Source: a virus
Lineage: Duplodnaviria > Caudoviricetes
Virus record (IMG/VR): IMGVR_UViG_3300037423_000838
Span: 1 to 40,299 of that record
Length of the DNA: 40,299 bases
Reading direction: 5' to 3' (one strand)
Part shown: positions 27,138-35,644 of the stretch, one piece after another
How the letters are laid out: every line of letters starts with the position of its first letter
How positions within the stretch are numbered: the stretch's first letter is position 1
The notes under the pieces: model-generated
What the model saw: the letters and a program-made list of their open reading frames with translations, nothing else
Told to the model about the DNA's origin: nothing
Databases searched by the model: none
Translations under genes and position numbers: made by a program

Positions 27138-27592
27138 AGTTTCACCTGCTTAATTTTGTTTTGAATTAGCCAGTACTCACCGTGGTTGTAGGCATCAATA
27201 ACATGTGTTCTGTTATGAGCCATTCCCTTAGTGAATTTTCCAGTGAGTCTCTCAGCAATAGATTTAATGCCAGAAGGTTGTTGATACATTGTAGCTCCCC
27301 AGAGATGAGCATATGTCTCAATTTTGCCAATAGCTACAGAGGCTGGCATTCTGCTACCAATTTGGGCTTTAGCTTTGTTTGGAAACAAGATAAAATCTTC
27401 ATAGATGACTACTTTAATACTAGTGGGAAATCCTGAAAGTAGCTCATCTAATTCTTGATGTGACCAGACAGTTCCCATATCCAACCAGATACCATCTTGA
27501 TCCCAAGTTGCCCACCCTGTAGCTTTTCCTGGGTCTAGAGCTAAATAATAGGGTAATCGCTCTGTAGCTACTTCTTGAGTCGACTCGGCCAT
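27134..27592 (-). CDS. RuvC-like Holliday junction resolvase
   Basis: YLALDPGKATGWA, VIYEDF, HVIDA RNase H-fold acidic motifs. Confidence 0.8.
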   Translation of the reverse strand: MAESTQEVATERLPYYLALDPGKATGWATWDQDGIWLDMGTVWSHQELDELLSGFPTSIKVVIYEDFILFPNKAKAQIGSRMPASVAIGKIETYAHLWGATMYQQPSGIKSIAERLTGKFTKGMAHNRTHVIDAYNHGEYWLIQNKIKQVKL

Positions 27593-27792
27593 TTTAGTAT
27601 ATTCTCTACAATCTTTAGATTACGTTCCAACAGCATTTGCTTAGCTGAGGATTCTCCTTCGTACTTACAGATAGAACACCATTCCGCAAAAATCTCATGA
27701 ATACAAGTTGTTTCTGCCATCTTTGCCTCTATCTCTTTTCTTGGAGGGAGGTCGGTAAGGAACTCAATAATTTGCTCTGATACGTCCCCCAT
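27568..27792 (-). CDS. Small hypothetical protein (CxH...CxxC)
   Basis: TAATG coupling to the polymerase stop. Confidence 0.6.
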   Translation of the reverse strand: MGDVSEQIIEFLTDLPPRKEIEAKMAETTCIHEIFAEWCSICKYEGESSAKQMLLERNLKIVENILKWPSRLKK

Positions 27793-29516
27793 TAGGCTGC
27801 CTTAATCTCGTGAATATCTACTTTGAAAGGAATGCCAAATTCTGCAGGAGGTGAGGTTTCCATGATTCTCTTAATTTCAGGTAGGTGCTTATCCTCAGTT
27901 CCTTCTGGGATTTCAAACCAGACTGAGTCATGTACCTGTAGCTCCATTAAGCATTCAGGATCTAATTCTTTATCAAGTTGAATCATTGCTCGTTTAACAA
28001 TTTCGGCGGCACCTCCCTGCATGACAGCATTTAGAGCCTTGTGAGCCTCCGCTCTGGGGTTCTCAAAGTGCCTCCTGCGGTTGGTCCAGTAACGTACAAA
28101 TCCCTGCTCTTTAGCAAGACGCATAGCCATTTCATTAAGTTCTGCAATCTTACTAAATCTTGTGAAATAGCTATTGTATAGATTCTGTGCTTTCCATAAA
28201 GGAATGCCCAGCATCATAGCTACCTTTGCAGGCTTAGCCCCGTACCCTGTAGCGTAGTTAAGTTGCTTAACGTCATATCGAGGGTATCCAAGCTCTTTTG
28301 CCATTTCGTCGAATAGATCACGGGTATCATCATTGAATACTTCGACAAGAAGGGGTTCTTTAGAATAGGCTGCTTGAATCCGCATTTCCAATTGTGAGTA
28401 GTCGGCTTCCCACAATCTATAACCAGGCCGCGCAAGGAATCCCGCTTTAACACGTTTATTCCAAGGTTTCTCTGTAACTCTCGGGATTTGCTGTAGGTTC
28501 GGATCGCGGCAGCTAAGCCTGCCAGTTTTTGTTCCATGCTGCATGAAATTAGGTCTAAGTCGCCCATCAGGACTGACGAGTCTGAGGTAAGCTTTCCAAT
28601 AAGAGCTAACTGCTTTCTGATATCCACGATACTCCAAAATATTACTAGCTACAGGGGAGTCCATTGTGGCTAGGATCTCCTCATATAGCTCCATATAGTT
28701 CTTAGCAAATGAGAGATTGCCTGAGGCAGTTCTTTGACCTGTAAAGATAGGCAGTTGTAAATCTTCAATCAGAAGTTTTTCAAGGTCCTTACGAGAACCT
28801 AAGTTATAACCAATCTCATCCAATAACTCAGTCATACGGAACTCACCTAAGAGAATCTGCTGCTGAGCTAAATCAAGATCTACTAAGATGCCTTGCTTCT
28901 CAATTTTATTAAGGAGATACAGGAAGTCTAACTCTACCTTCCAACGTTCAGCGTTATCAGGTTCTTCCTCCATAAATTTAGGCCAATAATAATCGTGCAT
29001 AGCCAGATGTAGAATAGCATCCTGAGCACCATAATCAGCCATAGCAAAAGAGGGAATACCACCCCAACCGAAAGCCTTCTTGATAGTTTCAAAGTCGTCA
29101 TCTCTCATCTTTCCTGGAATGCCTAATACATTTCTAGCTTGGAAATCAAGGCCAAATGATAATTGATCTTCTCTTACATTATGTGCAGCTAACATAGAAC
29201 AGCGAGAGTCAGGAGGAGCTTTAATTCCTAGCGAATTGAGAGCTGGGATGTCATGTTTAAGATTATGACAAGTAATGGGTTTGGACTCAATGAGCTCTTT
29301 AAGCTTATCCCTATAATCCCATCCCAAGTTACCGTTATCTGGATGTCTGAAGGGAAAGTAGTAAGAATAGCCGTTAACACCATCATACTTGAATGCAATG
29401 GAAGCTCCCATAGTGAAGCCTCTACCATCACGTAAATCTTCTCCATTAGATTCCGTATCTACGCCTAGGACTGGTGCAAATTCATGAGCTAATTTTAGGA
29501 AGAGTTGAAACTCCAT
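27792..29516 (-). CDS. polA: Family A DNA polymerase with 3'-5' exonuclease
   Basis: ExoI VDTE, ExoII HNLKHD, ExoIII YGAQD; TGRLSCRDPNLQQIP; motifs A DYSQLEMR, B KQLNYATGYG, C QVHDS; start placed at ATG 29516. Confidence 0.95.
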   Translation of the reverse strand: MEFQLFLKLAHEFAPVLGVDTESNGEDLRDGRGFTMGASIAFKYDGVNGYSYYFPFRHPDNGNLGWDYRDKLKELIESKPITCHNLKHDIPALNSLGIKAPPDSRCSMLAAHNVREDQLSFGLDFQARNVLGIPGKMRDDDFETIKKAFGWGGIPSFAMADYGAQDAILHLAMHDYYWPKFMEEEPDNAERWKVELDFLYLLNKIEKQGILVDLDLAQQQILLGEFRMTELLDEIGYNLGSRKDLEKLLIEDLQLPIFTGQRTASGNLSFAKNYMELYEEILATMDSPVASNILEYRGYQKAVSSYWKAYLRLVSPDGRLRPNFMQHGTKTGRLSCRDPNLQQIPRVTEKPWNKRVKAGFLARPGYRLWEADYSQLEMRIQAAYSKEPLLVEVFNDDTRDLFDEMAKELGYPRYDVKQLNYATGYGAKPAKVAMMLGIPLWKAQNLYNSYFTRFSKIAELNEMAMRLAKEQGFVRYWTNRRRHFENPRAEAHKALNAVMQGGAAEIVKRAMIQLDKELDPECLMELQVHDSVWFEIPEGTEDKHLPEIKRIMETSPPAEFGIPFKVDIHEIKAA

Positions 29517-29520
29517 ATTG

Positions 29521-31299
29521 TCACATGCCGAAGATTCCGTCCCTCCCGGGAGTAGGCTCTTCTCGTTTTGCCTTATCACGTATTGCCTCCTCTCTACTTT
29601 CTTCAGCTTGCTTTAATAAGCCAGTTGGAGAGACTTCCTCAAACATAAGTCCCTCAACACGAATAATAGACATCTCATCAGGCTCTTTAGCAAGACGTAC
29701 TTTCAGCCAGGAAAGTTCAATTTCATTAGTCCGAAGATTGCGCCACACACCAAGAACAGAGGTAGCTTGCGCAGTAATAAAGTTTGATCCGTAAACGTCA
29801 GAAAGGCCATTTGGCTTCTTGTTATTGACCTGTGCTTTCCTGTTGTGATGAATGAATATAATACTGCAGTCAAATTCGTTTCGCATTTGGCTGGCAACGT
29901 CCATAACACGCTTAGCAGTACGTTCTTCAGATAATTCATCCATCGTAGTCGTGGAGAGGGAGTCAAAGACAACACACTCAGGCTTCTTAAGTCGAAGTAC
30001 GTTTTCAATCTTTTTTCTATCAGTCGCACTCTCAAACATAATACCTTGACCGATAGGGACAAGAGAGAAGTTTTGTTCAAGTAAAGCTTTTTGCTCGTCT
30101 GTAAGAATCGCATCCATTTGTCCCATGATGTATTTGAGATCTGCAGGACCCATCTCCATACTAAAGAAGCATACTGGCCTAGGAGTTTCAATCTTCCAAT
30201 CTAGGAAATTCTTACCCATAGCAATATGCATAAGGGCCTGCATTACAATCTGAGTTTTACCAGCGCCAGGAGCCCCCGCAACAATCATGATACCCTGTCG
30301 CTGAAGTTTTCCTTCAATCATCCAATCTACATGGATTTCAAGATCTAATAGTTGCTTCCAAGAGTAGATAGGAAGTTCTTCAACGACGATTTCGGGATCA
30401 ATGGGGTACTTATGTCTAGCTCTATTAATGAGATCGAGAAGTCTTCTAGTCTGGTCTGTTCGTCCTTTGAATTTCTTCCATCGCTCATCTGCATTTGCAA
30501 GGATTGCGTAGGCTTCTTCATCTGACATCTTCATTTCTGCGCAAAGATAAGCAAGTCTCATCAATGCACTAGATCTGGATCCTGTAGAAATCTCAGGCTT
30601 ACGGAAAAATTCCCAATCCTCAGGTTGCCATGGATACTTAGCAACTACAGCTAGAGGCTCAGGAACATCTCCTAGTACTATGTCTTCTTTTGTAAGTTGC
30701 TTAGGGATCTCTAGATTATTAAAGAACTCATAGCTATAGGTACTAGCTGATCTAGTGAGAATCCTAACCATCTTGTCACGTTTGTGATTCCTAGTTCCCG
30801 GAGGTCTAAGAATCTGATTAGCATCCCAACCACTTGTATCAGCTTGAAAAAGATAAGCTACAGCTCTATTGATCTCTTCAAATCTATTAACATCTGTTTC
30901 AAAATGTTCTAGACGCCAGTATAGGTGCTCATGTCCCTCATTTGACGAACGTACCCGCATAGTTGGAAGAGGAATCTTATCTCCTAAAATACCATCCTGA
31001 GGAGCATTACCATCAAACTCAACCCATACTATCTGGGAACCTAATACATTACTCTTATCAGGATCTTTAACTCGAAACAATGCAGGTCCGAAATAGCACT
31101 CACTACTAGCTGTATTCTCTAAAACGTGCTCGATCAGAAGAGACTTTTCTTCTGGCCACTGAAAGAAGTGCTTTTCCCATTGATCAGTCCCTGCTAGCTT
31201 AAGGGGCGCATAGGCATATCCTGTATTGTCTCCCCACATGAAGTTAAAGAACTCTTCTAGATCTGCTTCTGGTCTTAGAGACAGAACATCGCTCGTCAA
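29521..31299 (-). CDS. Primase-helicase (RepB'/AEP-like primase, PriCT-like domain, RecA-like AAA_25 helicase)
   Basis: WVEFD, HEHLYW, LRPPGTRN; GSRSSALMRLA; Walker A GAPGAGKT, VVFDSL, IHHNRK; TTG start at 31299 after GGGAGGT. Confidence 0.88.
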   Translation of the reverse strand: MTSDVLSLRPEADLEEFFNFMWGDNTGYAYAPLKLAGTDQWEKHFFQWPEEKSLLIEHVLENTASSECYFGPALFRVKDPDKSNVLGSQIVWVEFDGNAPQDGILGDKIPLPTMRVRSSNEGHEHLYWRLEHFETDVNRFEEINRAVAYLFQADTSGWDANQILRPPGTRNHKRDKMVRILTRSASTYSYEFFNNLEIPKQLTKEDIVLGDVPEPLAVVAKYPWQPEDWEFFRKPEISTGSRSSALMRLAYLCAEMKMSDEEAYAILANADERWKKFKGRTDQTRRLLDLINRARHKYPIDPEIVVEELPIYSWKQLLDLEIHVDWMIEGKLQRQGIMIVAGAPGAGKTQIVMQALMHIAMGKNFLDWKIETPRPVCFFSMEMGPADLKYIMGQMDAILTDEQKALLEQNFSLVPIGQGIMFESATDRKKIENVLRLKKPECVVFDSLSTTTMDELSEERTAKRVMDVASQMRNEFDCSIIFIHHNRKAQVNNKKPNGLSDVYGSNFITAQATSVLGVWRNLRTNEIELSWLKVRLAKEPDEMSIIRVEGLMFEEVSPTGLLKQAEESREEAIRDKAKREEPTPGRDGIFGM

Positions 31300-31322
31300 A
31301 TTTACACCTCCCTTCAACGACA

Positions 31323-31359
31323 AATAGGTTGGCTCCCCTGGTGAAGGAGCCAACCTATT
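31323..31359 (-). terminator. Terminator-like hairpin after the amidase
   Basis: Perfect 14-bp stem AATAGGTTGGCTCC/GGAGCCAACCTATT. Confidence 0.75.
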
Positions 31360-31374
31360 ATGACTTAGCGCAAC

Positions 31375-32058
31375 TTACTTCTTGTAAACATTGGGGTTAG
31401 CAGCCTCGTACTCAGCACGCTTACCAATACTAGCGTAATAGTTCCAGTTTGCACGGTAAAGAACTTCCTGTACCTCTACGGGTGATCCGTCAGGATCCTT
31501 AATGTTAGGAACGTGATCCTTAAAGTCCATGTCCTTTAAATCCTCTCCCAGAGAGCTTGGGCGAGGAGCACCAATCCTAACCCAAGCATAGAGTTCGTTG
31601 CCAGGACAATCAGTCTCATTTGTATCTCTATGACCGAGAATCTTGTTTCCTGCATGGCCCTTGGCGCGAAGATATTCAATTGCATCTCGGGCAGCTTCTT
31701 TAAGATCGTCCGGAGCATTACCAGACTTGCTACCCCACATACATTGAACAGCAAAATACTTGTAATTGACGTCAGAGTCGCCATTTGCGGAACTCCTACG
31801 ATCGTACCCACGTCCCTCAAAGACATACCTGTGAGGACAAGCAAGGTAATTATAGGCAATGTCCGACCAATTATGCGTACCATGCATATGATCTTCCTGC
31901 ATAGCCCTAACTTTGTCATCACAAGTACTATGTGGCCAAGGCCATTCCCAACCTCCACCTTCCCAGTGGATAACTACTCCCTCAGGTGCAATAGAAGTAG
32001 TACCAGCTTCTCTAGGTTGTGCTCCCCATTGTGCTCTTGTAATTAGCTGAATAGTCAT
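31375..32058 (-). CDS. N-acetylmuramoyl-L-alanine amidase (Amidase_2/PGRP-like endolysin)
   Basis: ITRAQWGA, VVIHW, DIAYNY, FEGRG, GHRD, CPG; AAGGAGGT RBS. Confidence 0.92.
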   Translation of the reverse strand: MTIQLITRAQWGAQPREAGTTSIAPEGVVIHWEGGGWEWPWPHSTCDDKVRAMQEDHMHGTHNWSDIAYNYLACPHRYVFEGRGYDRRSSANGDSDVNYKYFAVQCMWGSKSGNAPDDLKEAARDAIEYLRAKGHAGNKILGHRDTNETDCPGNELYAWVRIGAPRPSSLGEDLKDMDFKDHVPNIKDPDGSPVEVQEVLYRANWNYYASIGKRAEYEAANPNVYKK

Positions 32059-32075
32059 TTATACACCTCCTTTCG

Positions 32076-32141
32076 TAGCGTAGCTGGGAATCGAACCCAG
32101 GTTCCTTAAAAATAAGTGACTGACCCTCAGCCTACTACGCA
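32076..32141 (-). ncRNA. tRNA-like element with truncated anticodon arm
   Basis: Acceptor GCGTAG/CTACGC, canonical T arm CTGGG-TTCGATT-CCCAG, D-like hairpin GGCTGA/TCAGTC, anticodon arm only CTTA-TTTT-TAAG. Confidence 0.6.
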
Positions 32142-32218
32142 ACCCCCGGCAGGACTATGTGTTTCTACCTTTCCGAGTGGCTTTATTTGATTATCATAGG
32201 AGCCTTAGAACCTATGCG

Positions 32219-32291
32219 TAGCGATGGTGGGATTCGAACCCACACTGTACGGAGTTTAAGTCCGCTCTCTCTGCCATTGGAGTACATCGCC
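32219..32291 (-). tRNA. tRNA-Leu (anticodon UAA), short variable loop, CCA not encoded
   Basis: Acceptor GGCGATG/CATCGCT, discriminator A, anticodon arm GCGGA-CTTAAAC-TCCGT, T arm GTGGG-TTCGAAT-CCCAC. Confidence 0.9.
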
Positions 32292-32559
32292 GCACCTCTT
32301 ATATTATCCTCAGTGGGCAGGGTCACTGAGTGCACGTATAATATAAGAGGGCCTGCAACCCAGCTGCGCCTGTAAGCTGGGGAGTCTAATTAATGTGGGC
32401 TGCTGTAGTTTGTACCCAGCTTTTCTACCACTTAGCTTCTCTGCTGGCTTAGCACCTTTACCACGATCCCTAAGGAGTCCAGTAATAAGGGCTTTCCTTG
32501 TATACTCTTGAAGCACCCACTAGTTTAAAACGGTGGTTCTTTTGTATCGCCTACTCTAT

Positions 32560-33012
32560 TCACTCGAAAGGGTTACCACCACTGCCCGTAGAAGCATCCG
32601 CTACAGCAATACTGCGGACGTTCTCGCTACCATTCTTGTTGTAAATAGTAACATCGTACTGCTGGTTCATGTTCATAAGATCTTCAGCCTGCAGATCATT
32701 AATACGCTCAGCAGGAACACCCATGTCCATCATGGTCTTCTTAAGCTGAGAAACTGCAGTAGCTGCCTTACCTCGGAATTCATCATCCGAACTCTTAAGG
32801 TCTGCAGCAGTAGGGATCCAATACCAGGGAGTGATATTGCGTCCCTTCTTTTCTCCCTTAACAATCTTAAATTCCAGCCGAAGGCCCTGCTTATCTCCCT
32901 TAGCAGTAGGCTTAACAGAAAGCCCCACAAGATCACAGAGATAAGTACCGTCCGGCTTAAGCCACGGGTTGTCCTCTGCCGACTCTACGTCAAGTTCACC
33001 AAAAAGACTCAT
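32560..33012 (-). CDS. Putative single-stranded DNA-binding protein (DUF669-like)
   Basis: KPDGTY...LRLEFKIVKGEKKGR OB-like pattern; flexible tail ending NPFE; next to a Sak4-like ATPase. Confidence 0.7.
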   Translation of the reverse strand: MSLFGELDVESAEDNPWLKPDGTYLCDLVGLSVKPTAKGDKQGLRLEFKIVKGEKKGRNITPWYWIPTAADLKSSDDEFRGKAATAVSQLKKTMMDMGVPAERINDLQAEDLMNMNQQYDVTIYNKNGSENVRSIAVADASTGSGGNPFE

Positions 33013-33013
33013 T

Positions 33014-33898
33014 TTAAATTTCCAATCCTGTAGCTACTTCAATTTCTTCTGGGTCGTTTTCTAGTTCCATTGGAGCATCTTTTTCTGGCAGTAGTTCTCC
33101 TCCTGTAGCTTGCCATTCATCCACAATTTTACGAAGACTCCAAAGATTACTTACGTTAATGGTAAGAGGTAAGCCACCGATACGAGTCTTAGCGATAGTT
33201 GTCTTCGTCGGATGCACTTGGAGTTCGCGTTCGTAGATAACGTTACCAGCGCTGTCAAGATCCTTTGCAGTAGCACTCATATAACCAATCATACTGGTCA
33301 TACCGTTAATAGATGCAAGAATCTTAGGTGAGAAGTCAGGGACTGTCTTGATTCCCATCTCAATGCCAGCCTTTTTAAGTTGAACGTCTCGGGCATGAGC
33401 CGTAACTATGATGTTGACTGGACACATGAAGAGATTCAGGAAAGCCATACGAACTCTATGTGCGTTCTGTTTGTAGTTAGCCCACATATCGTTATCAAAG
33501 TCGAATCTATCGATGCCACCCTTGGCTTCAATAGCCTTCTTAGTAACAACATCTAGATCTAGATTAGCGATATTAGATCCAGTGTCAATCAGAACTGTGT
33601 CATGCTTAGTGATTCCTGGAATGCCTTCTTTATAAGCTTGTGCAATTGCTTCAATCTGAGAGACACCCTGATAAGGCATACGAGTCATTCGATTGTTGGC
33701 AACTAGTTCTGGGTGATTAAAGAGGGACTGCCAACCTTCAGGATCTGCTTCTACATGCAAGACCTTATGTCCAAAAGTTCCTGCAAGAGCTGTCTTACCT
33801 ACACCAGGATCTCCAAAGATAAGAGACTTGAAATACTTAGTACTCTCCTCCATTGGAAACATGCCGTCTAACAGAGCATTTAGAATTTTAGCATCCAT
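33014..33898 (-). CDS. AAA_24/Sak4-like ATPase (recombination)
   Basis: LIFGDPGVGKT, TVLIDT, NIIVTAH, AKTR. Confidence 0.85.
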   Translation of the reverse strand: MDAKILNALLDGMFPMEESTKYFKSLIFGDPGVGKTALAGTFGHKVLHVEADPEGWQSLFNHPELVANNRMTRMPYQGVSQIEAIAQAYKEGIPGITKHDTVLIDTGSNIANLDLDVVTKKAIEAKGGIDRFDFDNDMWANYKQNAHRVRMAFLNLFMCPVNIIVTAHARDVQLKKAGIEMGIKTVPDFSPKILASINGMTSMIGYMSATAKDLDSAGNVIYERELQVHPTKTTIAKTRIGGLPLTINVSNLWSLRKIVDEWQATGGELLPEKDAPMELENDPEEIEVATGLEI

Positions 33899-34830
33899 TA
33901 GGCTTCCTCATTGTATCCATAAGTTCTAGCTTGGTAGTTGCTTCTAATCAAAGGTCTGTAATCAATTCCTTCTTCCATCATCTCACAAGGTGCTTTAAAA
34001 GGACAGTTACGACATACCATCCTATTCATTACAGGTAGAGCTTCCATCTCCTGTAGCTCGATTGGTAAAGAACGACGATCCATAATACGCTCAGAAGCAA
34101 TTAGCTGTTGCTTGAAAGCATTTCTGATTCGTTCTGGTTTAACACCTGTAGGTGAGTTTTGGAATAGATCCTCATCAGGCTTCTGTTTAATTAGGTGAGC
34201 TGGGAATCTAGTACGGAACTGATTTAGATAACCATCTTCGACAGGGATTCCAGCATTACGCAAGACTCCAATATACTTAGGTGTCTGTGGATTCAACTTT
34301 AGATCATCGAAAGAAAAGAAGTCGTAAGTGAACTTGTGATCTACCAGGTAAATATAGTTTTGATTGCGACCAGAAAGAGCACGCACCAGCAGATCCAAGC
34401 GCATACCATACCAAAAACTTTCATTGACTGGTAGGTAAAAATCTTTTTCGACTTCAAGGATCTCAGTAGTTTCCGCAATTGAATCAACTTGTACATAACG
34501 AGCAAATAATGATTGTAGGACAGCTATGGTTTCAATTTCGTCGTTAGTATCGGCTAGTATCATGAATTGCGTTAGTACTTTAGCACCTGCCTGATAACCG
34601 TCTTTCTTAGTGCCACCTTCCTTAATAGCAGTGTAATAAGCAGCAAGAACCTCATGCCCAGTGATCCCAATACTAAGAGCTCTACTTTTACGCTTAGGTT
34701 CTACGTTAAGAATGAAGCCAAAGAAATGCTTACGTTCACAGTCAAGAAATGAACTAACTTCTGAGTTGCTTACAATTCTTGCACCTTCTGGAAGTTTTCT
34801 CTGGTATGTCTCTAACTCAAAGCCTGTCAT
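33898..34830 (-). CDS. Cas4/AddB-like PD-(D/E)XK exonuclease with Fe-S cysteines
   Basis: SNSE...CERKH, EVEK, GMRLDLL, LVDHK, Q...Y, CRNCPFKAPC. Confidence 0.85.
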   Translation of the reverse strand: MTGFELETYQRKLPEGARIVSNSEVSSFLDCERKHFFGFILNVEPKRKSRALSIGITGHEVLAAYYTAIKEGGTKKDGYQAGAKVLTQFMILADTNDEIETIAVLQSLFARYVQVDSIAETTEILEVEKDFYLPVNESFWYGMRLDLLVRALSGRNQNYIYLVDHKFTYDFFSFDDLKLNPQTPKYIGVLRNAGIPVEDGYLNQFRTRFPAHLIKQKPDEDLFQNSPTGVKPERIRNAFKQQLIASERIMDRRSLPIELQEMEALPVMNRMVCRNCPFKAPCEMMEEGIDYRPLIRSNYQARTYGYNEEA

Positions 34831-35120
34831 AGTTTCTCCTCACAGGGAGGACAGACAGCGCCCAATCCCATGTTAGCAAATTTAACTGTCTTCTGCTTTT
34901 CAGGTACGAAAGGTTGTTCGCATTCTTCACATTCTACAACACAGGCTAATACTGAAGGTTTATCACAACCAGGTTTGTCTCCATATCTGCTTCTGTAAAC
35001 TCTGTGAACCCAATATCCTGTAGCTTCGTCGTATCCATAACCGTCTTTTTGATCTTTTCCTATACACATGCAAATTTTTGAAATAACATCTGGGGGTAAA
35101 TGGCTCCAATTAATTGACAT
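34827..35120 (-). CDS. Cys-rich zinc-ribbon protein
   Basis: CMC, CEEC, CPPC; GGGAGG RBS. Confidence 0.65.
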   Translation of the reverse strand: MSINWSHLPPDVISKICMCIGKDQKDGYGYDEATGYWVHRVYRSRYGDKPGCDKPSVLACVVECEECEQPFVPEKQKTVKFANMGLGAVCPPCEEKL

Positions 35121-35142
35121 CTGCCCTCCCTTCTATGAGTCA

Positions 35143-35171
35143 AGTATACCATAGGTTAACTATCCACACAA
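35143..35171 (-). promoter_or_regulatory. Promoter for the recombination/replication genes
   Basis: TTGTGT-17 bp-TATACT with TGG extension. Confidence 0.65.
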
Positions 35172-35459
35172 GCCATAAAGGTTAATTCTTGAGTTCATCT
35201 CAAAATCATCTAGCTTGTCTTCATATGGACGCTCAGAGATAGGATAAACTTCTACTTCTTCAGGAATATCTCCTTCACAAGCCTTACCTGTAATAATCAT
35301 AGGACCATCAATCAAATCCTCTAAGCTACAGTTGCGCTCTTTAAGATCTGTAATGTCCATTTCAACCATAGCAGCATACTTACGATCATCATTAGGAAGA
35401 TCATCATAATTTTGTTCATTGAGAGGATACCTAATAATAATTGTCAATTCACCATACAT
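35160..35459 (-). CDS. Acidic hypothetical protein (paralog of 35459..35644)
   Basis: TGATG coupling; GAGG RBS. Confidence 0.65.
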   Translation of the reverse strand: MYGELTIIIRYPLNEQNYDDLPNDDRKYAAMVEMDITDLKERNCSLEDLIDGPMIITGKACEGDIPEEVEVYPISERPYEDKLDDFEMNSRINLYGLCG

Positions 35460-35644
35460 CAGATTGCCTCATCCTCATAGATTCTGCCAGTAACAGTATC
35501 CATCAACTCAAAAAAGGATTCAGGATCCTCTTTACAAGCTTCAATCTCAACTTTAAGAGCTTCCTCTTCAGTCATGTCATCGGCATAACTATTAGGCTCG
35601 AAAGGAAAAGAAAGCTTAATGACTAATTCCATCATCTTCGTCAT
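35459..35644 (-). CDS. Small acidic hypothetical protein
   Basis: TAATG coupling to the HNH gene. Confidence 0.65.
   Translation of the reverse strand: MTKMMELVIKLSFPFEPNSYADDMTEEEALKVEIEACKEDPESFFELMDTVTGRIYEDEAI

Noticed and set aside
31300-31353. Upstream start of the primase-helicase
   Set aside because: Runs through the terminator hairpin; a strong RBS supports TTG at 31299
32142-32218. Theta/HDV-like or hammerhead ribozyme next to the tRNA
   Set aside because: Could not build the nested double pseudoknot or find the CUGAUGA core by eye
32076-32291. Ochre suppressor tRNA or genome-wide stop recoding to explain the protease TAA
   Set aside because: Anticodon UAA reads UUA (Leu); the second element has no 7-nt anticodon loop; TAA ends most genes normally
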